Below the pieces are notes generated by a model. That model searched no databases and was not told the origin of the DNA. It saw only the letters and a program-made list of their open reading frames with translations. Below are positions 20,915 to 33,205 of a DNA stretch of 64,000 bases, one piece after another. Location of the stretch: NCBI GenBank assembly GCA_951406725.2, contig OX597815.1, forward strand, positions 171,244,001-171,308,000, in the 5' to 3' direction. The translations under genes and the position numbers were made by a program. Numbering within the stretch: the stretch's first letter is position 1; the number at the start of each line of letters is the position of its first letter. Source of the DNA: Octopus vulgaris (Eukaryota).

Positions 20915-22807
20915 TTATAGTATTCTCCACACCTGGATCCTCGAAACACTAGCCATTAACAAGGTAGCACCAATAATTATAAAATACATAAGACACTCTA
21001 TGAATAAATGTCAGACTGTGCTACAGCTCCAAACAAAAGAGGGACCTGTGAAAACCAAAGCCATCCCCATTAGAAGAGGAATATTCCAGGGAGGCATGCT
21101 CTCTCCACTCTCTCCACTTTTCTACTTGGCACTGACATCTCTATCTGATATGCTAAATAGAACTGGATGCAGATGCAAATGTTACGGCAAAACAATTAGC
21201 TACCCTTTATATATGGATGACCTAAAACTATACGCTACAAATGATAAACAGCTGGAATCACTACTATAGACAGTATATGGATTTACCAAAGAAATAGATA
21301 TGAAATTTGGCTGAGAAAAATGCGCCAAAGAAAACCTGAAAAGAGGAAAACTAGGAGTAGAAACATCACACTAGATAAAGTCAATGAAATAAGAGATTTA
21401 GACCAAAGCCAAACATACAAACATTTAGGAATCAATGAACTAGATATGATACAACACACATAAAGAAAATAAAGAAATAATACTATAGACGAGTTAGATC
21501 AATACTGAAAACAGAGATCAATGCTAAAAACAAGATAATAGGTAATAACACTTTAGCCGTCCCAGTTATAAGTTACAGCTACAATATCCTTAACTGGACA
21601 CTAAATGAACTAACCAAAATAGACGGGAATAAATTAAAATAATGACAGGATCTAGGATGCACCACCCAAAATCTGACATAGAAAGGCTATATATACAACG
21701 TATAGAAGGTGGTAGAGGCCTTATACAGCTGGAAAACTATTATAAAATAACTACCATAGAGCTGCAAAAATACCTACTTCAGAAGCAAGGAAAACCGATA
21801 CAAATAGCCGCAAAACACGAGCAAAATAAAAAACTGCTCTCAGTATTTAAGGAAGCTGACAAATACAAGCAAGAAATCAAAAAAGCTATAAAACAACTGA
21901 AAACCAAACTAAATCTAGAACAGCAACGGACATTGATAAAACAATGGCAAGAAAAGCCCCTTCATGGCAAATACTGGACTAAACTAAATGTAAAAAAATA
22001 GCCAGAGAAAAATCCCAGCAATGGTTGAGAAGCTCAGGACTCAAAGCAGTGACGGAAGGATTTTTAATTGCAGCACAAGACCAAAGCCTCCCCACCAGAA
22101 ATTACCAAAAATATATAATGAAATGAAATATAACAAGTAACTGCAGAATATGTGGAGATGGATAAGAAACAATAAATTATGTTATCTCTGGCTGCCCAGT
22201 CCTGGCTAATAAGGAATATACTCACATACACGACAGAGATGGGACCTACATACACTGGAAGCTATGCCAACACTATGGAATAACAACAGAAAAAAGATGG
22301 TATAGGCACACGCCAGAAAAGGTCACAGCAAGCGAGAAAGCAACCATACTTTGGGATATGCCAATACACACAGATTGAGAAATTAAGGTCAATAGGCCAG
22401 ATATAGTTGTCAGAGATCGTGAAGAAAAAATGCTTTCTAATTGATGTATCAATATCAGCAGATGACAACGTTTCTCTAAAAGAAATGGAGAAACTTTCAA
22501 AATACAAAGATCTGGAAATAGAGGTAACTCGAATGTGGAATCTAAAAACAGAAACAATTCCTATCATAGTAGGCGCATTAGGTATGATAAAAAAAATATT
22601 CAGACAAATACATAACAAAAAACACCTGGAATTACAAATATATATAACATACAGAAAATTACACTACTGGGCACTGCACACATCCTACGCAAAACACTTT
22701 CAATACAGTAACCCTAAGAGCATCACAACAAATCACAGCACATACCCAATGCACACAGAGCTGCGCTCGGTAGGGAAGTAAAAACACGATATGAAAATAA
22801 AACTAGT
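20915..22807 (+). mobile_element. Decayed 5'-truncated R4/Dong-like non-LTR element (RT + CCHC + restriction-like endonuclease)
   Basis: RRGIFQG..LSPL, YMDDLKLYA, RLY..R.EGGRGL, CRICG..GC..HD, RPDIVV, IDVSI, KYKDL; followed by (TAA)n at 22808-22872. Confidence 0.9.
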
Positions 22808-22808
22808 A

Positions 22809-22872
<64 letters not shown>

Positions 22873-22919
22873 TTGAAAAATACCTTAGGAATGAGAACCC
22901 AGGTTCTAAATATCCCTAA

Positions 22920-22965
22920 GACACCTGATGGAAGCTGGAGGATATATCAGCCGAAACGTTGTATT
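22920..22965 (+). ncRNA. Degenerate hammerhead motif (related decayed copy at 20637-20682, minus strand)
   Basis: GACAC-CUGAUGg-aaGCUG(...)CAGCc-GAAA-CG-UU-GUAUU. Confidence 0.5.
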
Positions 22966-23378
22966 AACACCACAAAAATGAGGACAAATATCTGTCAAAT
23001 GTAAATAATGTAAATAATCTACATAATTCCTCATCTCTTAAATATAGGACTGTATAGAGAATTAACGTTTGGGGGAATATCTGACAATATTTAATTCATG
23101 ATCAGCAGCTAGAGCTTAACTATCAACTCCTAGTGGTTTTAATTCTTAGTAGACGGATATGTATCATATCTTTTGATGGTGATAAATGTGATAGATAAAA
23201 TTTGTAGCTAAATTAGCATCTCTTGATCCCCGCTGCGATCCTCTTCTGCTACTTCAAAATTGTAGTAAGTTTATTCTGCTACAATAGTAGCAGCATGGAA
23301 TATTTTCATTCTGTAGTTCTGATGAAATATTTGCTAAAACTTATAATGGAGTATCCTGTTTGTTGAAAACCTATATTT

Positions 23379-23468
23379 TTGCATCCGAAGATGGCGGTGT
23401 TTTTCTAAATTGATGTAATGCTTGCATTGTTCGATTAAAAGGAACCACTTGAAACAGCCGTAATGCAA
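23379..23468 (+). ncRNA. Hammerhead motif related to 112-199 (U4C substitution)
   Basis: UUGCAU-CCGAAGA-[long hairpin]-GAAA-CAGCCG-UA-AUGCAA. Confidence 0.5.
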
Positions 23469-23593
23469 TAATACCTTGACATCCTTGTTAGTTATTTTCT
23501 TTTATTCACCTTACTTCGAGGTGTGCGGGTAATACCGGACTGACTTGGTTGTCTCAGCCTAAGTACCTAATTCAACTAAATCTTAATTATATG

Positions 23594-23677
<84 letters not shown>

Positions 23678-23766
23678 TGCATTTGTGTGTGCATACTATC
23701 GTGATCGTTCACACACTCAGTTGTGATAATACTGAACAATTCAATTATGTGGGTATATATAATATG

Positions 23767-23806
<40 letters not shown>

Positions 23807-23823
23807 ATAATATATATATATAA

Positions 23824-24310
23824 GTGTTCAGGCTAAATTTGACAGTTCACATAAAAGAAAAAGAAAATAAAAGTATTCCAAAACCTCCAAAAATATGTAC
23901 TAGAATATGCTTGGGAGATAACAGTTTGCTCAAAATAGCTGCCCTCAACTTGCACCTCGGTCTTATTGCTGCTTGGGAACCTGGTGCGTTCGTTTCTCGT
24001 TGTGTCCCTGGGAATATCTTCGAAAACCTCCTCGATGTTGGCCATCAGTTTTGCCTTGGTGTGGAAGGCAGAGCAGTAGGTGCCTGTCAAATGTGCTTTA
24101 AACACGGGGATGGGGATTCAGAAATTAGGCCCAACAACCACCTGGCTCTTCCTGGCGATGTGCCATGGAGCTGAATGTTGCTGTTACACATATGGCCTTC
24201 AAGACGCAGCTCCCTCCAACAGCTTCACATAGTTTTCTGAATTGAGCATAAGGCGTGCGGATGTAATCAGAAAGCCTCTTTTCTCCAGAACCACGGGGTT
24301 CGTAGACTTC
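23824..24310 (-). mobile_element. Tc1/mariner (maT/DD37D-like) transposase C-terminal remnant
   Basis: HTKAKLMANIEEVF..TRF..EGSYFE; related pieces at 32740-33018 (+) and 59908-60170 (-). Confidence 0.6.
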
Positions 24311-24711
24311 GTTGCAGCTGTCCATCTTTATGTGTGCGTATGTCTGCACAGACATACACACGCGCACGCGCACACGTAACATACATGCGCGCACATATAC
24401 ACGCACACCCGTACACACTCACTCACACACACTCATACGTACAGAAACAAACGAGTACACACACAGCAACATCAACGCACACACACGCTTGTTCCCTCGC
24501 CTCTCAAACATACACCACACGCAAACACACATACACACACACACACCAGTACACACGCCTTCATAGACACTCATACGTACACACACGGCAACATCAACAC
24601 GCACACTCGTCACATCGCCTCTCAATCCCCCAGCCACACCCACACCCACATACGCAAGCACACATACACAAACATGTACACACACATGCCCGTACAACGC
24701 ACTCATATACC

Positions 24712-25122
24712 TATTTCTTTATTACCCACAAGGGGCTAAACACAGAGGGAACAAACAAGGACAGACATAGGTATTAAGTCGATTACATCGACCCCAGTGC
24801 GTAACTGGTACTTAATTTATCGACCCCGAAAGGATGAAAGGCAAAGTCGACCTCGGCGGAATTTGAACTCACAACGTAACGCAGACGAAATACCTATTTC
24901 TATTTCTTTATTACCCACAAGGGGCTAAACACAGAGGGGACAAACAAGGACAGACATAGGTATTAAGTCGATTACATCGACCCCAGTGCGTAACTGGTAC
25001 TTAATTTATCGACCCCGAAAGGATGAAAGGCAAAGTCGACCTCGGCGGAATTTGAACGTAACGGCAGACGAAATACCGCTAAGCATTTCGCCCGGCGTGC
25101 TAACGTTTCTGCCAGCTCGCCG
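24712..25122 (-). mobile_element. tRNA-derived SINE with partial tandem duplication
   Basis: 24712-24900 repeats 24901-25075. Central GCCTTTCATCCTTTCGGGGTCGATAAA..AGTACCAG resembles a conserved SINE central domain; other copies at ~37580-37795, ~3055-3160 and ~61960-62090. Confidence 0.85.
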
Positions 25123-25974
25123 CACTCATATACCCTCACACGTACACACACACAAACACATACGCACAAACACACAGCAACACCATCTCACTGACACACG
25201 TGTCACCTCAAGTCGTACCACAGAATCTAACTAATGATACTGACGTATCAGAACCACTCCCTTACGCTTACGTCACTCACCCAAACATAAACACATACAA
25301 ACACACACACACACACACTCTCACACACGCATACACAAATATGCATACGCACACACGGATACACGCACACACACAAGCACACACACACACAAGCACACAC
25401 ACACACACACTGGCCATTTTCACTTCCTCTATGTCTGTCAAATGTGCTTTAGACGTAGCAAACCATGTAACAATGCATGTGCTTTTTTTTTTGTCGTTCT
25501 CACCGGATATTTGCTCTGTCCTCTTATTTAAAACTATGCTCGAAACGTCACATACTCCTCTCTTTTTTTCCATCCTAGTACATTCACTGTGAATGTGCTT
25601 TTGTTGTTTTCGTTTTTTTATTTTAGATTTTAGATTTGCCTATTATCGAACGCTCATATTATATGTTCTACCTCCTTCCGTCGATGATTTTGAGTACCTA
25701 ATTCTTGGATTTCCCTACGCTGGATCACTCTGCCTTTGAATTAAGCCATACCTATGATTTCCCTCGAAGTACGTCGTTTTTGTACCTTTGATATTATTTG
25801 AGATTATATATATATATATATATATATATAAATTATTAGAGAGTTAACCACTATGTGGATAACTCTAGTGCTAAAAATAGCCCCGATAGTATAGTCACAG
25901 AAAAAGATGTTTCCAACTAGAAGTAACATACATTTAACGGAAGGAAAGTGAAATATAACGAATAAAAATATTGA

Positions 25975-26050
25975 CCCTGAACAAATTGTTTCATTACTAA
26001 TGTAATATGTAATTTTACTTACATACACATCTATAAATCATCAGCAGAAG
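25975..26050 (-). ncRNA. Type I hammerhead motif, canonical CUGAUGA core
   Basis: CUUCUG-CUGAUGA-[hairpin with UAUGUAA/UUACAUA]-GAAA-CAAUUUG-UU-CAGGG. Confidence 0.7.
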
Positions 26051-26182
26051 TTTGTCTTAAATACAATTACTTAGACCGACACGAGCGTCAAAAACTCCAG
26101 CGGTTTAACTAAAAATGCAATCCGTTAAACCGCTCGAGTTTTTGACGCTCGTGTTGGTCTAATTAATTGTATTTAAGACAAA

Positions 26183-26242
26183 CTTCTGCTGATGATTTAT
26201 AGATGTGATTTATACATTAGTAATGAAACAACTTGTTCAGGG
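26183..26242 (+). ncRNA. Type I hammerhead motif, shortened stem II
   Basis: CUUCUG-CUGAUGA-[..AUGU..ACAU..]-GAAA-CAACUUG-UU-CAGGG. Confidence 0.65.
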
Positions 26243-26507
26243 TCAATCTATTTATTCGTTATATTTCACTTTCCTTCCGTTAAATGTATGTTACCTCTAG
26301 TTGGAAACATCTTTTTCTGTGGCTATACTATCGGGGCTATTTTTAGCACTAGAGTTATCCACATAGTGGTTAACTCTAATAATTTATGTATAAATTTGGA
26401 TTTTCTCCGTAGTTTTTTGTGCTAAGCCACTCGGTGTTAAATTAATGGTATTATTAAATTAATATCAATTTTTCACCCTCATTAATAAATATATATATAT
26501 ATATATT

Positions 26508-26667
26508 AGGAGAGGCTGTGTGGTAAGTAGCTTGCTTACCAACCACATGGTTCCGGGCTCAGTCCTACTGCGTGGCACCTTGGGCAAGTGTCTTCTACTA
26601 TAGCCGTGGGCCGACCAAAGCCTTTTGAGTGGATTTGGTAGACAGAAACTGAAAGAAGAACGTCGTA

Positions 26668-26764
<97 letters not shown>

Positions 26765-26975
26765 CTGTGTTAGTGTGTCTGTGTTTGTCCCCCCAACATC
26801 GCTTCACAACCGATGCTGGTGTGTTTACGTCCCCGTAACTTAGCAGTTCGGTAAAAGAAACCGATAGAATAAGTACTAGGCTTACAAAGAATAAGTCCTG
26901 GGGTCGATTTGCTCGACTAAAGGCGGTGCTCCAGCATGAGCACAATCAAATGACTGAAACCAGTGAAAGAGTAAA
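26508..26975 (+). mobile_element. Near full-length tRNA-derived SINE with internal (TA)n(TG)n
   Basis: GGCTGTGTGGTAAG A-box-like start, GGCTCAGTCC B-box-like. Further copies near 30430-30595, 38700-38980, 47085-47490, 51275-51725, 54272-54620 and 60295-60450. Confidence 0.88.
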
Positions 26976-27379
26976 AGAGTATGCATATGTGGGCATAGGA
27001 CGTCACGAAACGTGTACAACAAAAAAAATACGAAGCACGAATACATGGAGCATGAACTATTCTTTCGAATAACGAAAGACACAAATGGAAAGCAAAACAA
27101 AAATCATAACGAACCACCCTTCATCAGTTGTTGGCTGTTTTCTAGCCTCGTATTTCGAGCATTTAACAGCAATATACACTTTCGATAAAACAGTTACTCC
27201 TGCAATGCAATTTAAATAATATTTGGAATTTTGCGGAGGGTCAAAATTGGTAACACAAACAGGACATTGAAAACAAACAGAAAGAGCTGCTAAGCCTAAA
27301 TGAGGTTGTAGTAACGAACGCGTAAATCAAGCTTGGATAGGAGACAAACAAGAACACGTCTTCCTTGTTCCAGCTACAA

Positions 27380-28485
27380 CGTGAGTCTCTGAAAGTGCTG
27401 CTATATCGATGTTATAGCGGTTCAGCTCGCGGGCAACAAGTGCAGTGCGTCTTTCAGGCCCACAATCACTCTTGTTATCCACCAGAGTGCGCACATTCCG
27501 ATATGACATGTTCAAGTTCCATCCAGATTTTGTAAATAAAAATCTCTTTCTTTGTCGAGCGCAGAGTGGACATCCACCAGTCGCGCTAAATTGACCAGAT
27601 ATAGAAAGACAGGCAATTTTTGGTTAACCTTTTCTAGAACCTCTTCGGCCTTCGGATGAGCAGTGCCCTCTTCAAATGGAGCTACTCAGCCACCCATGCA
27701 GCAATCGAATCCTACCGCTATCTTGGGCGACAAGCAGATGACTTTATATCTAGCATGGGCCGCCGACGTGCAGGTCGCTGACTACATGCTTCCAACCCGG
27801 CAGGTCTGCATGCTTCACCACCTTCACATCGTAACAGAACTTCCGAATAAAAATAAAATAAATATATACTAAAAATGAAAATACATATATATATACTGAA
27901 AATGAAATAAATATATATGGGGAAAAAGCAGCAAATATTGAGCAGAGGTCAGCAATGCCTGTGCAGAGTTTTATGTCCAATAAGGCTTGCATGGCACCTC
28001 ATAGACCCTCTCCACTTTATTGACATTATCCACAGACAAGCCAGAGCAAGATGTCTGGTGCCAATATGTGTCGCAGGCTCAGGGATGTGGGAGCGCCATG
28101 ATCTCTAGCACAACTCAAAGATCACCAAAACGGCAATGCCATTCACTGCATATCTAGTTTTATATCAGAGTAACCTTCTCCTATAGACATGCTTCAACAG
28201 AAGCTGAGGGGTTGCCTTACTCCCTGTATTCTTCCAGCACGCCGGACACCATCCCGGAATTTCTGCGTACCCGTACTATTGGTAGATAACCGCTGAGCCT
28301 GCACTCGGTTCATCCGACCTTTCAACTAATCTTGTTTTTAATCCTGCTGGGTTTCTAGCAATCTTCCTCACCAGAGTAGCCTGGTGGGGATGCCGGTTTA
28401 GTCACCGACAATCCTACTATGCAACAGGTTGCACTGGATTCCATGTTACCAGTAGCACTTATGAGAGCCTCATAAGTGACCTGAA
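27380..28485 (-). mobile_element. RTE LINE 5' UTR pieces and start of AP endonuclease
   Basis: NVRTL..PERRTALVARELNRYNIDIAALSET (27380-27510); 28355-28485 resembles 41915-42025. Confidence 0.75.
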
Positions 28486-28584
28486 TCAAACATATACATG
28501 CATACATACACACACATATATATATACATACATACACACACATATACATACATACATACATACATACATACATACATACATACA

Positions 28585-28615
<31 letters not shown>

Positions 28616-28846
28616 GTATATATAGAGTGGTTGTATAATGTCAACATAACGTGGCAGTCCCGTAAAGGGAATTACACCATCGCTATATAGCCCTAAGAAG
28701 CATCGACGCTTCCTGTTGGCTTTGACACAATTCCTGTGTCCTTAGAAATTCAATATTTCTAATATGTGTATATATGTATGTATTATATATATATATATAT
28801 ATATATAAAGACCTAACCAAGGCAAGGAACTTTTCAGGACACCCAA

Positions 28847-28899
<53 letters not shown>

Positions 28900-28900
<1 letters not shown>

Positions 28901-30400
28901 TTGGGTGTCTTTTCACGAAGACATGAATGGTAGGGTGAATGTTAGAGGGAAGATGTCGGAGCACATTTCAATACAAAGTGGAGTGAAACAGGGGGATATT
29001 CTGGCACCGACCTTATTTTCCATATATTTTACGATGGTTTTCTGTATTGCATTCAGAAACTGCAGATACGGTGTTTACGTCCATTATCTAACTTCTGGCA
29101 GCATATTTAATATCAGGCGCCTTGCTGCAAAAACAAAGATATTTACCTGTATCATAAGATACCTTTTGTATGTTGATGATTGCGAGCTAGTAGCACACAC
29201 AGAGATTGATATGCAACACATTTTGAATGCATTCTCTGATGCTTGCACTGCCTTAGGATTGACAGTCAATCTCAAGAAAACTGTTGTCATGCATCAACAG
29301 AGCAGTATAGTGTACCAAATATCTATGTGAATGGTAAACGACTTGATGTAGTCGATCAGTTTGTCTACCTGGGAAGCACTATTAATAGATATGGCAATGT
29401 GGATGATGAAGTTCCATATAGAATTAGGAAAGCAAGTGTTGCTTTCTGAAGGCTAGAAAAGCGCCTCTGGAGTCGGCGAGACATATGCAAAAAGACAAAG
29501 ATAAAGGTGTACAAGGCATGTGTGCTCCCTTCTCTTCTCTATGCCTGCAAGACGTGGGTCACATATCGATACCACCTTAAACATCTGGAACGTTTCCATC
29601 AGATGTGCCTCAGACGGATCTATAGCATTAAGTGGAAGGACCGCATCAAGGATCTTGAAATACTCGAAGGCTCTCGGTGTGTATGTATAGAAGCTCTCGT
29701 GTTAAAGCAAAGGCTCAGATGGAGTGGTCATCTGGTCAGAATGGAGGATTCAAGGATGCCAAAACAACTCTTTTATGGAGAGTTAGCTAAAGGAGAACGA
29801 CCTCCACATAAACCAAAAAAGAGGTATAAGGACTTGCTGAAGGCTTCCTTAGGAGATGCTTGCATCTCTCCTGACACATGGGAAGACATAGCTATTGATC
29901 ATAGCAGGTGGAGAAGGATTGTGCATGAGGGGACAGCCACGTTTGAGAAATCTTGAGTTGCACATGAGAAAGTAAGGAGGGATGTCAGGAAGGGCATCGC
30001 TGTTACACTTCCAGAAGGGAAGGGTCTTCCTTTGATTCTGACATGCAATGTCTGTGCAAGACCCTGCCTCAGTAAAGCTGGGCTCATGAATCATCTTCGT
30101 AGTCATAAAACAAGTCAGATGAGTGACAACATGGCCACTGGTGGTGGTGTAACACACCATACTAATCATATCGGTCGGGCATGTGGAAGAGAGTGTAATT
30201 CGGCAGGAGGACTTAAACGACATGCAAAGGTACATGAAGCCCAGCTACAACTACAGCCGGCTACTAGTAAAGGTCTTAGTTGCCAATTGTGTACAAGACA
30301 TTGTAGATCTCTAGCTGGGCTAAAAAGTCACATTCGATCACAGCACCAGTAACAGTTAAGCTTCGTGTAATGGCCATACTCGATAACGAGGGGGCAGCCA
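28900..30400 (+). mobile_element. 5'-truncated decayed RTE (BovB-like) LINE with three C-terminal C2H2-type fingers
   Basis: GVKQGDILAPTLF, LLYVDD, FVYLGS, RLRWSGHLVRMEDSRMPK, CNVC..H..H, (I)GRAC..H..H, CQLC..H..H; tail GGCCATACTCGATAACGAGGG. Confidence 0.92.
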
Positions 30401-31927
30401 TAATATATATATATATATATATATACATATATACACGACGTGCTTCCTTCAGCTTCCGTTTACCAAAATTCACTCACAAGGCTTTGGTCGGCTCGAGGCT
30501 ATAGTAGAAGACACTTGCCCAAGGTGCTGCGCAGTGAGACTGAATCCGGAACTATATGGTTGGGAAGCAAGTCTCTTAACACATAGCCACGCTGGCACGT
30601 TAAGAACGTAGTATAGTATAAAGCTCGGCCACCTTCAGATTTTACCCTGCACTATCCAGTCATGGTATCGTACATACTTCCAGGTTTGCGTTTAGACATC
30701 TGTTGTCAGTGAATAGATAATTGAAAAAAATTGGAGTCAACAAGAAGTACGGTTAGACATTTGCTTTTTAATCACTACAGTTGTGTCCATGCATGTATGT
30801 ACTTGATTGTACAACTGTTTCCTTGCATAATGCGATCTAGTTGTCTTTCCTCCGGCGACATGCACCTACTGTTACCATAAGTTCATATTCTCTGCTTCAA
30901 GAACATCCTCTTTGTCTATCGTGGCCTGAATTTAGTAGTAGCCACTGAGTTTAGGACCGTTGACAAACTGCTTTGAATGTGTAAATGTAGTGGGATGGTG
31001 ATTCTGCTACAGTTAAAGTGGTTGCCGTTTTAAAGGGATTAGCATTTGATTTCTTTGTACTGTTGGGTTGTTCTTCATGGCTGGTTACATATGCGATTGT
31101 CCTTAACTGAGCATTACGAATCGGCCTATACGCGCATAAATATGGTCGTTCACATATACATCCATATACGTGCTCACGCCCGGACACGTTCAGGGACTAC
31201 TACTAAGAACAGGCCTCGACAGACAGAGACGATGTTCTTGACGCAGAGAATGTGAACTTATGGAGACAATATTTACACATTGCCCGAGGAAGCACAACTA
31301 GATCTCATAATGCAGGGAAACAATTATATAATCAAGTACCTGCACGCTTGGAGAACTACGTTGCATGGAAACAATTGTAGTGATCAAAAAATAAATGTCC
31401 AATCGTACTCCTTGCTGTTGATTCCAAATGTTTCGATTACACACACACACACACACACATCAACAATATTAATAATATAAGAATTATTACGAAGTTGCAT
31501 AGCATTACTTTTAATTCTCTTAATTTATATACAACTTTTCGTAGACCAGCACCTGTTTCAACTGCACCAATTAGTAACCGCTGCAATTGCAACCCTACTA
31601 TAAAACCGGTGCAGTTTCTACAGAGTCTTTACTGGACATACTTCGATTTGACAGTTTAAAGTTTTTTTTGCTTGACTACCATGCTTATTTATTTTAGTCA
31701 CACTACGGGCATGGTGAGACACAGCTTCTCTGTCTTGGAGAATTTTAGTGAACGAATCGATCCTCATACTTGCTTTTAAGTCTGTTCCTTACACCATCGC
31801 TCTCTTTTGCCGAGATCTAAATTGCGGGAAGAAAACCATATCAAACAGGTTGTGAAGCGGCGAGCGGCTTGGCGGGGATGGGGTTGGGCAGAAACACAGA
31901 TAAATAGACGGCAACACACACACACAT

Positions 31928-32460
31928 ACACGAGGTGCTTTAAAAAAGTATCCGACTTTATTTTTTCCCGACAAAACTAATGCTGAGGAGATGAAATCCT
32001 TTGGGATGGGAGGTAAGGACACGTGTTCTACATATACATGAAAAAACTAATACTGAGGGGATGAAATCCTTTGGGATGGGAGGTAAGGACACGTGATCTA
32101 CTTATACATGAAAATTGTCGCGATGGCAGTTTCTGGCTGTTACGTCTAGAGAACAGACGTCAGATCTGGCGGTGATGCTAAGGGTAAAACTCAGATAAAG
32201 GAGTGGTACAACCATTTCATACATTGTTGCACCTCAGCTGAGAGCGAGGCACGCTCATGTAGGCCATTCACAAGCCGAAACGAGGAGCCCAATGAGAAGC
32301 CTCATCGAATGGTCATGGAAATTACTCATGAAGTGGGAATAAGCCCAGGATCAATACATTCCATTTTAACGGGTAATTTGTGAATGAATGGAGAGCGTGT
32401 CAGCGTTTCGTTCCCAAGGTGTTGGCGGTGCAATAGAAGCAACTCCGCTTGGAAATCGCT
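31928..32460 (+). mobile_element. Decayed mariner-like 5' end with a 69-bp tandem duplication (31972-32112)
   Basis: TACACGAGGTGCTTTAAAAAAGTATCCG TIR-like start; decayed HTH-like coding (RSCRPFTSRN). Confidence 0.5.
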
Positions 32461-33016
32461 CAGAATATGCAATCTACCGAATCAAAAATTTTCCTGCCTG
32501 TGCAGGAAGAGTGGCGTCACCTCCCACCAAAAGGATTTTGCCCACACGGGATGTATGTATATATAGACGTGACTATGTAGTAAGAAGCTTGCTTCCCAAC
32601 CACAAAGTTTCGGGTTTAGTCCCACTACGTGGAAACTTCGGCAGGTGTCGTCTACTTTAGCGCCTGCAACCACATCACGCCTAACATCTGGCCAGCTAAC
32701 TCCTCAGACTACAACCTACTTGATTATTACATCCTGAGTGCACTTGAGCGAGAGACCAACACCAAAGATTAACTGAAAGCCAGCATTATGGCAGCGTTTA
32801 CCAACTTAAACAAGGAGACCGTCCAGAAGAGTTGCAGGAAATTTTGAAGTCGTCTGGCGGCCGTGGTTGAAGTCAATGGCGATAATGTTGAATAAATTTA
32901 ATCTTTCGTATTTCAAGATATTTGTATGTAATTTTGGTAAATATATTTGTTAAATGAGATGTCAGTATTATTTTCCTTTTTGCGAAATTTAGATGATAGT
33001 TTATTCACTGCACCTT

Positions 33017-33205
<189 letters not shown>

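Larger units (their letters stand above)
25831..26385. repeat. Fold-back element, ~270-bp arms, each with a hammerhead motif
   Basis: ORFs 25804-26028(-) and 26192-26425(+) mirror each other; centre near 26117; (TA)n on both sides. Confidence 0.92.
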
